From an uncultured bacterium (lineage in GTDB: Bacteria > Oederibacteriota > Oederibacteriia > Oederibacteriales > Oederibacteriaceae): a stretch of 64,000 nt of DNA. The position numbers and the translations under genes were made by a program. Below are positions 46,245 through 55,526 of this stretch, piece by piece. The notes beneath the pieces were generated by a model. The model searched no databases. It was not told the origin of the DNA and worked only from the letters and a program-made list of their open reading frames with translations. Location of the stretch: NCBI GenBank assembly GCA_965112635.1, contig OZ218778.1, forward strand, positions 608,001-672,000, read 5' to 3'. Each line of letters starts with the position of its first letter. Within the stretch, counting starts at the first letter, position 1.

Positions 46245-47378
46245 TTACTTACTGAGGTCCTGGACCGACTGGACCGTAAGGGTCTTGTCGTTCAGGCCTT
46301 TGACCAGGTCTTTGATCTGGCCGGGGGTTGGGGTTGCCCCGTCCAGGGTCAATCCAATCAGATTGAATCCCCGCACAGCGGCGAATGCCTTGGGGTCAGC
46401 GGTGTTCAAGGCGCTGGCCAGGTCCGTCAGTCCGGCGCTGCCGCCTGGTGCCGTGGCCGCGCTGTTGATCGTGAACTGTCCTATCTGGCTCTTTCCGCTG
46501 TTACCGCCCACAGCCGCCCCTCCGGCGCTGAAGGATTGTACCTGCCAGTAATAGGTCGTACCCGGTTGTAAAACACGGTTGCCCGGGCTGTAAAAATAAT
46601 TGGTCATGCTCAGCTGGCCGCTCTGGAACACCGGATTGGATAAGGAGCTGTCCTCGCCGATGGTCAGGATATAGTAGCTTGCGCCTCCGGCTCCGGGCTT
46701 GCCTGCCGGCGACCAAGCAAAAGTAGGCAAGGGGTTGACCACAGCGCCGTTGGCCGGGCTGATCAGATTGGCCGCGCTCGTTGCCGCTGACTGGGGAGCG
46801 AACAAAAGTAATTTAAATGGCGCCGAAATACAGTTGCCATTGGCGTCCGTGACGCAAATATAAAAGGGCATGGCTTGGATGGTCGCGATGGCATTCTGGA
46901 TCGTGCCTTGGTTAACACCGCCGCCATTGCCGTACTGATTGTTATATTTATTTTTTTCACTATTGACCCAGTCCTGGCTAAAGCCTCCGGTGATTTGCAC
47001 GTTCCGGCTTATGCTGTTCAAGTTCAGGGTGGATGCTCCGGCCGACAAAGGGCCATTGGTTTGGAATCCCCTCGCCCAAGCTACTGGATTGGTCGAGCCT
47101 CCGGCACTGTAATCATAAAAATTGAATCCAAAAACAAAAGGCCCTGTTTGCGGACCAGTGGCATTGACCTGCATGGTAATGACATTGGGGTTTATAAAGG
47201 CGTTATTGAGATTGGTGTTGGAACTGGTGCTGGAGTTGACCTGGTTGTACATATCCATCAGGATGGAGGTCGAGATATTGAAGCTCTGCACCGTGACCCC
47301 GGCGTAACCGGCTAAAGGTGCCAGCAAGATTAAAGCCAGGACCAGCCCCGCTCCTTTCATCTTATTTAGGGTAATCAT
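46245..47378 (-). CDS. Secreted protein with C-terminal Ig/Fn3-like domain
   Basis: Signal peptide (GYA); LISPANG..PTFAWSP..LQPGTTYYWQV. Confidence 0.55.
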   Translation of the reverse strand: MITLNKMKGAGLVLALILLAPLAGYAGVTVQSFNISTSILMDMYNQVNSSTSSNTNLNNAFINPNVITMQVNATGPQTGPFVFGFNFYDYSAGGSTNPVAWARGFQTNGPLSAGASTLNLNSISRNVQITGGFSQDWVNSEKNKYNNQYGNGGGVNQGTIQNAIATIQAMPFYICVTDANGNCISAPFKLLLFAPQSAATSAANLISPANGAVVNPLPTFAWSPAGKPGAGGASYYILTIGEDSSLSNPVFQSGQLSMTNYFYSPGNRVLQPGTTYYWQVQSFSAGGAAVGGNSGKSQIGQFTINSAATAPGGSAGLTDLASALNTADPKAFAAVRGFNLIGLTLDGATPTPGQIKDLVKGLNDKTLTVQSVQDLSK

Positions 47379-47392
47379 AATAAAACCTCCTT

Positions 47393-47941
47393 TTAGAATT
47401 TATTTCTCCAGCTTAGGACAAGCATGGATTGTCTATCCACAGGCACGAGGTTTAAGGACACTTTGGCGCGTTGTTCTTTATTCCATTCGGAACAAGCCAT
47501 CGGCGCTCCCAGCCAGTCGTACATCCAGCTCGTGGTAAAAAGCAGGACGCTTCCCAGACCTAGGGTTAACGCGCCGTTGAGGTTGGTGGTATTCTGCGTG
47601 GGATTGTCGGATAAGCCGTTGGCCGCCCCATAGCCCAGCACATAGGCCTGATAACCCATGTAAAGGGCTCCGCCTTCCATGAGCATCAGGCAGGTCCCCT
47701 CGATGTTCCGGCCGGCATAAAAATGACCAAGCCCGTGAATGACCAGACCTGGAACAAAACCTAAAAAACCGGCTAACGCAGGGGACTTTTCGTCAAATTT
47801 ACCTCCCGCATTGGGGTTTGGGGTTGGGGTTGCAGTGGCTCCACTCTTATCCTGGTCAGCAGCCAGAAAAAGGGGCGCGGAAAGAACGCAAACCATACAA
47901 AGTAAAATGAGCGTAAAAACAATGATTTTGTTTGGAAACAT
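47393..47941 (-). CDS. DUF5683/TM2-like exported membrane protein
   Basis: Signal peptide; KSPALA..PG..GLGHFYAG; C-terminal strand ending F; ATG 47941 with AGGA SD. Confidence 0.5.
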   Translation of the reverse strand: MFPNKIIVFTLILLCMVCVLSAPLFLAADQDKSGATATPTPNPNAGGKFDEKSPALAGFLGFVPGLVIHGLGHFYAGRNIEGTCLMLMEGGALYMGYQAYVLGYGAANGLSDNPTQNTTNLNGALTLGLGSVLLFTTSWMYDWLGAPMACSEWNKEQRAKVSLNLVPVDRQSMLVLSWRNKF

Positions 47942-48090
47942 GACCTTTCCTACGGTAAAAAATTTCGCTGTAAAAATTATACCACCCTTAAATCCTTGAA
48001 AATACATTTTTCTGGCCAAATCTTGTTGGCCTACCTTCATATTAGACCATTGAAATTTCATAAAGTTCCATGATTCTAAACACAAAACCA

Positions 48091-48846
48091 CTAGTCGGCT
48101 TTATTGATCAGCGACGCCATATAACCGGCGCCAAAGCCGTTATCCACATTGACCACGCTGACATTGGGGCTGCAGCTATTGATCATGGTTAGGAGAGCGG
48201 AAAGCCCTTTGAAATTAGCCCCATAACCGATACTGGTCGGCACAGCGATGATCGGCCGGCTCACCAGCCCTGCCACCACGGAAGGTAAAGCGCCTTCCAT
48301 GCCGGCTATCACGACTAAAACCCTGGCAGAATAAAGCTTGTGGTTTTGGGCCAGCAACCGGTGCAATCCAGCCACGCCCACGTCATAGAGCCTCTCTACC
48401 TGGTTGCCCATGACCTCTGCCGTGACCGCCGCCTCCTCCGCCACCGGGATATCAGCAGTGCCTGCGCAGACCACCAGGATTTTTCCCTGCCCCTGTAAAG
48501 GTTTGGGCCGGCCGATCAATATAAGTCTGGCTTCTTTATAGTAAGTAACCTTTTTTAGGCTCTTCATAGATTTTAGGGCCCTATAAACCTTGTCGTCTGC
48601 CCTGGTAGCCAGAAGTGTGGGGCTTTTTAGCGCTAGTTTTTTTAGGATTAATTTAATTCGCTCGATAGTTTTGCCCTGACATAGCACCACCTCAGGAAAT
48701 CCCTGCCGCAGGTCCCGGTGGTGGTCCACTTTGGCGAACCCCAGGTCTTCATAGGGCAGGTCCTTGAGTCTCAGGAGCGCGGAATCCACCGACCTTTTCT
48801 TGCTCCGCACCTCGTTTAATAGTTTTTGCAGACTTTTTTTGTCCAT
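48091..48846 (-). CDS. larB: Nickel pincer cofactor biosynthesis protein LarB
   Basis: AKVDHHR..GFPEVV, AGTADIPVAEEA, DVGVAGLHRL, AGMEGALPS, VPTSIGYG, VNVDNGFGA. Confidence 0.96.
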   Translation of the reverse strand: MDKKSLQKLLNEVRSKKRSVDSALLRLKDLPYEDLGFAKVDHHRDLRQGFPEVVLCQGKTIERIKLILKKLALKSPTLLATRADDKVYRALKSMKSLKKVTYYKEARLILIGRPKPLQGQGKILVVCAGTADIPVAEEAAVTAEVMGNQVERLYDVGVAGLHRLLAQNHKLYSARVLVVIAGMEGALPSVVAGLVSRPIIAVPTSIGYGANFKGLSALLTMINSCSPNVSVVNVDNGFGAGYMASLINKAD

Positions 48847-48865
48847 GATTAAATCCTTTACGGGA

Positions 48866-51124
48866 TTACTTGCCTATGACCTCACTGTAATCCATTTTGA
48901 CGATCTCTTTATGGGTATTACCGGTCACCAGCAGTTTGACCAGGCAGCAATTCTTATAACGCGTAAGAGGCACGGTAATGATGGAGCCGTTGAAAGTAAA
49001 AGCCGCTTTTGGGGGCTTTTTATCCCCCGGAACCATGACCTCCACCCGGCCGACATCACAACCCCGCTTGACCCTGAAATAGGCCGTAGGCGTTTCGCTG
49101 TAGTGGATGGTATCCGCCTCATTGATGCCTTCACTGCGTATCCCCGCGGCATAACCATCTTTGATGGTGAACAGCTTGCCGATCATGTTATGAGTCAGCC
49201 GCATGGGGTCTGGCTCAAAACAAAACACCCGTCCCCGCAGTTGGTCCAGCATCGGGACATAGTCATGGTAGAGTTTGAGGTATTCCTTTTTGACCCTGGG
49301 GGTCCCGCCGTCATAATCCCCCGGGATATTGGGAAATCCGCCCAGCACCACCAGCCTGCGCAAAGTTTCCTCATATTTTCTGGAAGAGAACATCACGAAC
49401 GGCTTGGCCAGGGCGGCGTAAAATAGCTTTTCCTCGTTGTCATTCCCCTCGCCCTCCAAAAGCTGGCAGTCGTTATACTGCAGGGTCCGTATGGAAGAAC
49501 CCACGTTGCTGAAGTTGTCCTTGCCCAGGCTGACCATCAAATCTTTGATGGTTTTGGCCACACCGTCATAGGCCAGGTTGATGCTGTAGGCCGGTTTGTT
49601 GTGGATGACCGTGAGGCCGTCGTCGTGGCCGTAATCAATATTGGTGTGGTAATAAGCGTCGTAAAAGAAACCGTCGATTTCCGGATATTCTTTGAGGATC
49701 TTTTTGGCGTTATCCACGATATGCGGCCCGAACGAATATTTTAAGTCCGGGTTCATCAGGATGGTCAAAGGCCAGCCTTTAAAAGGCTCCCCATTCTCCT
49801 TTTTCGCGATGGCATCGCTATAATTCTCGTTGGCCCAGGGGATAAACCCGTCGGAAAAGTTGATGTAGTAGTAGGAATGGATCCCCGCCTTGATCATCTT
49901 GCTCAGCACCTCGTGGGTTTTGGCTCTGGTGGACCACAGCACCTCACCGTCAAAGGTGCCGCACTCTTTGACCAGGTCGGCCTCCGAGAGGGTCTGGTAT
50001 TTCTTCCACACGTCCCTAGGGTCCATCTTGTCGTCGCTCTTGTGGAAGATCCTTTCCAGGGGAAGGACGCGGCGGAACCCGTCCTGGTCCGGGAAATATT
50101 CGCCGTACCACGGGAAGTTCGCGTGGAACTCGAAATAGCGCAGGCCCAGAGCCTTGTCGTCTTTGAGATGGTCGGCGGTTTCCAGGGTCCCACAAACATA
50201 AACCCCCACCTTTTGGGATACCTCGGGGGTCTTGGGGTCAAAAAATTCCCGGTAGTGCTGGTAGACCAATCCCAGGCCCGGGCGCCAGTCGCCTTCGTGG
50301 AAAAATACCCGGCAGCCGGTCTTGAGAGGCCGGGTTTTGATAAGACCCACATTGAAATAATTGAGGGACAGGACCGGAAAATCATCCGGCGCCGGGACAT
50401 ACCCGTTGCTGGCTAGTTTGTCCCCCGAGCCGTACCGGAAGGCGGCCCAGGCGATCCTGTCCTCAAAAGGCACGACCATGGTATATCCCACGTCAGCCCC
50501 CGGATTGAACATGGAGAGCACCGGCACCACGATGATGGTATGGCCGCCGCGGGCGTTGTCCCCGTAGGAGTACACAAAGGGCATGTCCGAGTCAAAATCA
50601 AACTCTCCCTGGTAGGCCGGCACCCACACCTTGCCGTAGAGGACCGGCAAAAAAAACTCGACCTGCAGGCCGCGGTCGTCCGCGGACCCGTCCCGCTTAT
50701 CGGTCTGGGCCTCCCAGTGCAGGGAGTCCTCTTCCAAAGTCAGGGTTTCCCGGATCTTGAAATCGGCTCCCTCGAACTGTTTGGAAAAAGAAACCTGCTG
50801 TCCCTGGACCTGAAAATCCTGGACCGTGGATTTCTGCTGTTTGTCGCTGAAAGACTGCTTGGTCAGTTCGTCATACACCCTGACCCCGCCCACGGACCCC
50901 TGGGAGGACCAGCGCCTCGGTTGGCACAGGTCGAAATCTTTGCCTTTCCACACGACCGACCGTATGCATCCCGTGTTCTTATCGATGCCGAGGGAGACCG
51001 CTTTATTTTCCAGAGTGATCAGGGTCTCCTTGTTTTCGCCGCCAACGGTCTGGGCAAAGGCTCCGCGAGGGGCCATGAGGCAGACCGCAAGAATGACCCA
51101 GGCTATAACAGAGGATCTTTTCAT
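48866..51124 (-). CDS. Secreted glycoside-hydrolase-like protein, family unassigned
   Basis: Signal peptide (AFA); N-terminal beta-sandwich; HEGDWRPGL; EIDGFFYD TIM-barrel-like motif. Confidence 0.5.
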   Translation of the reverse strand: MKRSSVIAWVILAVCLMAPRGAFAQTVGGENKETLITLENKAVSLGIDKNTGCIRSVVWKGKDFDLCQPRRWSSQGSVGGVRVYDELTKQSFSDKQQKSTVQDFQVQGQQVSFSKQFEGADFKIRETLTLEEDSLHWEAQTDKRDGSADDRGLQVEFFLPVLYGKVWVPAYQGEFDFDSDMPFVYSYGDNARGGHTIIVVPVLSMFNPGADVGYTMVVPFEDRIAWAAFRYGSGDKLASNGYVPAPDDFPVLSLNYFNVGLIKTRPLKTGCRVFFHEGDWRPGLGLVYQHYREFFDPKTPEVSQKVGVYVCGTLETADHLKDDKALGLRYFEFHANFPWYGEYFPDQDGFRRVLPLERIFHKSDDKMDPRDVWKKYQTLSEADLVKECGTFDGEVLWSTRAKTHEVLSKMIKAGIHSYYYINFSDGFIPWANENYSDAIAKKENGEPFKGWPLTILMNPDLKYSFGPHIVDNAKKILKEYPEIDGFFYDAYYHTNIDYGHDDGLTVIHNKPAYSINLAYDGVAKTIKDLMVSLGKDNFSNVGSSIRTLQYNDCQLLEGEGNDNEEKLFYAALAKPFVMFSSRKYEETLRRLVVLGGFPNIPGDYDGGTPRVKKEYLKLYHDYVPMLDQLRGRVFCFEPDPMRLTHNMIGKLFTIKDGYAAGIRSEGINEADTIHYSETPTAYFRVKRGCDVGRVEVMVPGDKKPPKAAFTFNGSIITVPLTRYKNCCLVKLLVTGNTHKEIVKMDYSEVIGK

Positions 51125-51185
51125 AAGGCAGGGGTTCCTTCCTTGAAAGGATTGATTGGGCCGCTATGAGACCAGGGGCAGGGCC

Positions 51186-52358
51186 TTACGAAGCCTGACC
51201 TTTGAGGACCTTGGCGTAAACGCCTTCAAAAACCTTGATGACTTCGTCAAAAGAATGTTTTTTGATGATGGCCATGCTTTGCTCGCCCATTTTTCTGGCT
51301 AGCCCGGGGTCTTTGAGGATCTTGATGATCTTGTCGGCGTGGTCCTGGCTGTCAAAAGGCTTGGCCAGATAGCCGTTCACCCCGTCCTGGCAAAGTTCCG
51401 GCAGCGCTCCGGCCTTGGCCGCCACGATCGGCAGCCCTGTGGCCATGGCCTCCATGGTCACGATGGACTGTAGTTCCGCGGTGGAGGGGATGCAGAAGAG
51501 CGAGCCCAGATTATAGATTTTAGGAAGGTCGGTCCGGCTGAGGCCTCCCACAAAGGTCACCCGGTCGTGGATATTCATCTTATTGACCATCTGCTCCAGG
51601 TTTTCCTTTTCGCGTCCTACTCCGGCAAAAACAAAATGGCACGGAATTTCTTTGGTGATGAGCGGAATCGCTCTGATCAGAACAGGAAGGCTTTTTTCAC
51701 CGCTCAACCGTCCGGTATAAAGGACCACGGGCTTGTCGCTGGGAATATTATTTTGCTGCCTCAGAGCGGAGGCATCCTGACCGGGATAAAAAGCGGAAAG
51801 GTTGACCCCGTTGGATACCGGCCCATGTGCCGCCTTTAGGCCGTGGTCCACCAGCATCTGGATCGCAGTGCCGGTCGGCGAAATGACATAGTCGCACCGG
51901 TTATGGAACCAGACGATGTATTTCCATCCGGCATTTTTTAAAAGATGGTAAACCGGGCTCATCCACGCCACGGACATGAAAAAATTCTCGGGCATCAAAT
52001 GGTTGGAGGCCACCACCTTGATCTTGTTTTTCTTGGCGTAGACCAGGCCGGACAGGCCCAGCCCATAGGGGTTATGGATATGGAAAAGGTCCGGCTTGAA
52101 CTCATCCAGGACCTTTTTCATGTGGAAATAAGGACACAGGGTCATTTTGTACTGCGGGATCAGCGGAAAGGTCAAAGCTCGACAACGGTAAATCTTGGAG
52201 CCGCCTTCCTCCTCCATATAATTTTTGAACCCACGGGCAGGGGCAAAAACAATGACCTGATGGCCGTGCTTGACCAGCCTCAGGACAAGCTCATGCTGGG
52301 CGACAGCTCCTCCGTCGATGTTTGGAAAATAGGACTCTGTCACCAAAGCGATACGCAT
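51186..52358 (-). CDS. GT4 glycosyltransferase, possibly a glycolipid synthase
   Basis: ESYFPNIDG, SNGV, YTGRLSGEK, ELQSIVTMEAMATGLPIV. Confidence 0.9.
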   Translation of the reverse strand: MRIALVTESYFPNIDGGAVAQHELVLRLVKHGHQVIVFAPARGFKNYMEEEGGSKIYRCRALTFPLIPQYKMTLCPYFHMKKVLDEFKPDLFHIHNPYGLGLSGLVYAKKNKIKVVASNHLMPENFFMSVAWMSPVYHLLKNAGWKYIVWFHNRCDYVISPTGTAIQMLVDHGLKAAHGPVSNGVNLSAFYPGQDASALRQQNNIPSDKPVVLYTGRLSGEKSLPVLIRAIPLITKEIPCHFVFAGVGREKENLEQMVNKMNIHDRVTFVGGLSRTDLPKIYNLGSLFCIPSTAELQSIVTMEAMATGLPIVAAKAGALPELCQDGVNGYLAKPFDSQDHADKIIKILKDPGLARKMGEQSMAIIKKHSFDEVIKVFEGVYAKVLKGQAS

Positions 52359-52418
52359 AAGTTCCTCGACCCCCCGTTTAGCCTTTTACGGCAACAATGA
52401 ATGTGCTATTGCAAAAAT

Positions 52419-52637
52419 CTATCTTTTGCGCGATTTCGCGGCTGCTTTGCCCGCGGCCTTGCCGGATGATTTCGCCGGAGCGGCTTTCTTTGCTCCGCCT
52501 TTAGTCTTGGTAAACCGCTTGATGGCCAGCGCCCCTGCCTCGACGATATCCATCCCTGCCCACTCTTCCAGCATCATGTCCGCGATGAACACCACAATAC
52601 ATCCCACTAAAAAGAACCAGATTAAATAAAGCATCAA
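52419..52637 (-). CDS. Small single-TM protein with Lys/Ala-rich tail
   Basis: GGAGG SD; hydrophobic N-terminus; KKAAPAKSSGKAAGKAAAK. Confidence 0.55.
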   Translation of the reverse strand: MMLYLIWFFLVGCIVVFIADMMLEEWAGMDIVEAGALAIKRFTKTKGGAKKAAPAKSSGKAAGKAAAKSRKR

Positions 52638-52671
52638 TACCCTCCTTTCTCAAGTTATTGGACTAATAGTA

Positions 52672-53094
52672 TCATGTTTTCTTTTTATCTTCAGTTTGCT
52701 CCAACCTTAACATACTCTGCACGAACTTTTCAATCCGTTGCGTGTCCTGGAGGTGGATGCCCACGAACTGGAAACCTGCGTAATAATCCCCGGTTCCCGC
52801 CTCCTGGGCCACCCGGACGATGCAGACAATGGCCTTTAAGGGCCTTTCCTGGGGCGTCAGGGTGATATTGACCTCGAGCAGGGTGCCTACCGCCAAAGGC
52901 CCCGGAGTACGGATGAGCATCCCGCCGGCACTGATATTCTTGCTGAAGGTCCCCACGTCCCTGTACAAATGGCCCTTGATCTTCTCATCCGCGGCCTGCT
53001 CCTCCAGGGGCCTGTAAGTGAGATGCAACCGGACAGCGACCCTTTGGCGCGCCCGTTTTTCTATCCAGCCTTGCTCGTCGGTTGGATCTCCCAT
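52672..53094 (-). CDS. PilZ-domain protein
   Basis: RARQR (RxxxR) and NISAGG. Confidence 0.85.
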   Translation of the reverse strand: MGDPTDEQGWIEKRARQRVAVRLHLTYRPLEEQAADEKIKGHLYRDVGTFSKNISAGGMLIRTPGPLAVGTLLEVNITLTPQERPLKAIVCIVRVAQEAGTGDYYAGFQFVGIHLQDTQRIEKFVQSMLRLEQTEDKKKT

Positions 53095-53115
53095 GGTCGG
53101 CCTTTTCCTTTTGTC

Positions 53116-53505
53116 TCAGGATTTATCCACAAAATCGGCGATTTTTTTCGCGTTTTCGTCCTGGATGGCGGCGAAGGCAAAACCGATCTTAAAAAGGTTT
53201 TTGCCCTGCGCTTTGACTTTCTTGCAATAGGTGACCTTGGTCAGAATTTTAGCGGACTTTTCCTCGGATCCCAGGAAAACATCCAGCTCCGCATAACCCC
53301 CCACCGGGATGGCTCTTGTGGTTAAAAGGGCGATGCCTCCCGTCCCCATGTCGATCGTTCTGGCTTTATAAAAAGGCTCGGGAGCTTTTTGGGCGGCGGC
53401 TTCCACATCCGTTACGATGGGCCGAAAGCGTACCTGGAGCCTGGCCTTTCTTCTCGGGTCGAACCGCTGCTCCCTTTTTTTTGTGTTTTTCTTTTTGGTT
53501 GACAC
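53116..53505 (-). CDS. PilZ-domain protein
   Basis: RFDPR (RxxxR) and DMGTGG. Confidence 0.8.
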   Translation of the reverse strand: MSTKKKNTKKREQRFDPRRKARLQVRFRPIVTDVEAAAQKAPEPFYKARTIDMGTGGIALLTTRAIPVGGYAELDVFLGSEEKSAKILTKVTYCKKVKAQGKNLFKIGFAFAAIQDENAKKIADFVDKS

Positions 53506-53518
53506 TGCCGGTCCTGTC

Positions 53519-54358
53519 TTAAAAATATTTTAAGCTTTCCAGGTAAAGATCCTGGCGTTTAAGTCCCGTGGCTTTCTTGGCGGCCAAAACCGCCTGGGTC
53601 CGGGTCATCCCCTTGTGGCGTAAAGACCCAAAAATTTCAGCGAGACCCGTCTCATGGGTCTTGGTGGGGGAGTTCGAGCCCTGGCCCTGTACTAAGATCG
53701 CTATCTCTCCCTTGACCTCCGCTCGGGCTGACAGGATCCCGGTGATCTCAGACAGGGAACCCCTTAAAAACTCCTCGAACTTTTTAGTGACTTCCCGGGC
53801 GACCACAGCCTGCCGGTCCCCCAAAACCTCTTTTAAAGTCTTGAGCGTCCCTAAAATCCTTCGCGGCGACTCATAAAAGATGAGGGTCGCATCCTGGCCG
53901 GCCCACTCCCGGATCTTATCTTTCATGGCCTTAGGTCGGCGGGGCAGGAAACCCGCGAAAACAAAATGCCCGGTTTCCAGTCCCGAAGCGCTCAGGCTGG
54001 CTATGACAGCGCTGGGGCCCGGCACAGGAACCACCCTGAATCCGGCCCCGAGGACGGCCCGGGTCACCTGTTCCCCTGGGTCAGAGACCCCCGGCGTGCC
54101 GCTGTCGGAGACCAGGGCTACGGAACTGCCTTTCCCCAGCTTTTCCAGGATCAATCCGGCCCGCCTTTTCTCATTCTGGGCATAACAACTGACCAGAGGC
54201 GTTCTGATCTGATAATGGTCCAGCAAGATCTTCGTGGTCCTGGTATCTTCTGCGGCTATAAGGTCTGCTTCTTTTAAAACGCGCAAAGCTCTTAAGGTGA
54301 TGTCTTCCAAATTTCCAATGGGAGTGCTGACCAGATAAAGCACACCAGAGGGTTCCAA
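53519..54358 (-). CDS. rsmI: 16S rRNA C1402 2'-O-methyltransferase
   Basis: LYLVSTPIGNLEDITLRAL, AEDTR, VSDSGTPGVSDPG, FYESPRR, REVTKKFEE; TTG 54358 after GAGGAG. Confidence 0.96.
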   Translation of the reverse strand: MEPSGVLYLVSTPIGNLEDITLRALRVLKEADLIAAEDTRTTKILLDHYQIRTPLVSCYAQNEKRRAGLILEKLGKGSSVALVSDSGTPGVSDPGEQVTRAVLGAGFRVVPVPGPSAVIASLSASGLETGHFVFAGFLPRRPKAMKDKIREWAGQDATLIFYESPRRILGTLKTLKEVLGDRQAVVAREVTKKFEEFLRGSLSEITGILSARAEVKGEIAILVQGQGSNSPTKTHETGLAEIFGSLRHKGMTRTQAVLAAKKATGLKRQDLYLESLKYF

Positions 54359-54564
54359 AGAGAACTCCTCAACAACCTTTAATAAATGGCTGAAAAAACT
54401 TGTGAATGACGCAATTATAACAACTTCCAAAGGGGTTAAGCAACCCATTTCAATTTTTAGGCGCATTTTGCTACAGTAGGCAAAGGATGAAATTTTTTAG
54501 GGAAGAGGATTGTTTGTTAAAGCAAGAAGGCAATGCTTTAATTTAACTGGAGGGAGGAAAAGCA

Positions 54565-55431
54565 ATGGCTCGTTTTCTTATTTTTAAAAAGTTCATAACG
54601 CCTCTTATGGTTCTAGGTTTTATTCTGGCCGGTCTGTCGCTCCGCGGGGATGCCCAGGCACAAAATAACGGGGTGACAGCGACCATCAGTGAGCTGTCCG
54701 GTCAAGTCATGGTCATCAACTCCCAGGGCCGATCCGTAGAAGCAGAGGAAGACATGGATCTGGCCGAAGGAGACCAGATCGTCACCAAAGCTGACGGCAC
54801 GGCGGAGATCAGTTTTGATGATGAAACCTCGGTGCAGGTGACTGAAAACTCGAGCCTGATTATCCAAAAAATGGGTCTTGCCCCGGATACCGGCGTTAAA
54901 CATATCTCCTTGAATCTGGTGTTGGGCAGGCTTTTCAGCGTGGTCAAAAAAGCCCTGGAAGGCGGCCATGAAATGGACGTGAACACGCCGGATGGCGTGG
55001 CCGCTGTCAAGGGGACCGAGTTCGGTGTTTCGGTGGAGAACGGCCAAAGCCAGGTGGGCGTTTATGACGGCCTTGTGGCGGTTTCCGGCCGGGCCAACGA
55101 CGGCAAGGTCACAGAGCCGGTGATGGTTAAGCCCAACCAGGAAACCAGTGTCATTAAAGGGATGAGGCCCCTCTTCGCCAAAGCTTTGAGCCGGCGCTGG
55201 CTGGTCCATCGGGCCAGGATCGCTGCTTTAAGGAAAAATGTTTACTTCCTGCGAACCATAAAGCAAAGGGGCGAGATCGCTAAATTTAGGACGATCAGCC
55301 GGCTGCAATGGAAAGAAAATAAGGGGAAATTGTCCCCTGTTGAAATGAAACAGCTCCAGGAATTGAAGCAAAAAAATCCTCACCTCTTGAGAAAACACAG
55401 AAGAAGGCCTTTTAGACCCACGGAGAGATAG
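54565..55431 (+). CDS. Exported FecR-domain protein with basic C-terminal tail
   Basis: EGDQIVT..FDDET..LGRLF..TPDGVAAVKGTEF..VYDGLV. Confidence 0.82.
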   Translation: MARFLIFKKFITPLMVLGFILAGLSLRGDAQAQNNGVTATISELSGQVMVINSQGRSVEAEEDMDLAEGDQIVTKADGTAEISFDDETSVQVTENSSLIIQKMGLAPDTGVKHISLNLVLGRLFSVVKKALEGGHEMDVNTPDGVAAVKGTEFGVSVENGQSQVGVYDGLVAVSGRANDGKVTEPVMVKPNQETSVIKGMRPLFAKALSRRWLVHRARIAALRKNVYFLRTIKQRGEIAKFRTISRLQWKENKGKLSPVEMKQLQELKQKNPHLLRKHRRRPFRPTER

Positions 55432-55472
55432 TTCACCAGTTCCTTGGTGACGGTCTTCGGATTCACCTGATG

Positions 55473-55516
55473 CAAAAACCTGGCGTTAAATCTAACGCCG
55501 GGTTTTTGTTTTTTTT
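55473..55516. terminator. Bidirectional Rho-independent terminator
   Basis: CAAAAACCTGGCGTTA..TAACGCCGGGTTTTTG stem with T-tract, between convergent genes. Confidence 0.8.
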
Positions 55517-55526
55517 CTACTGTCCT

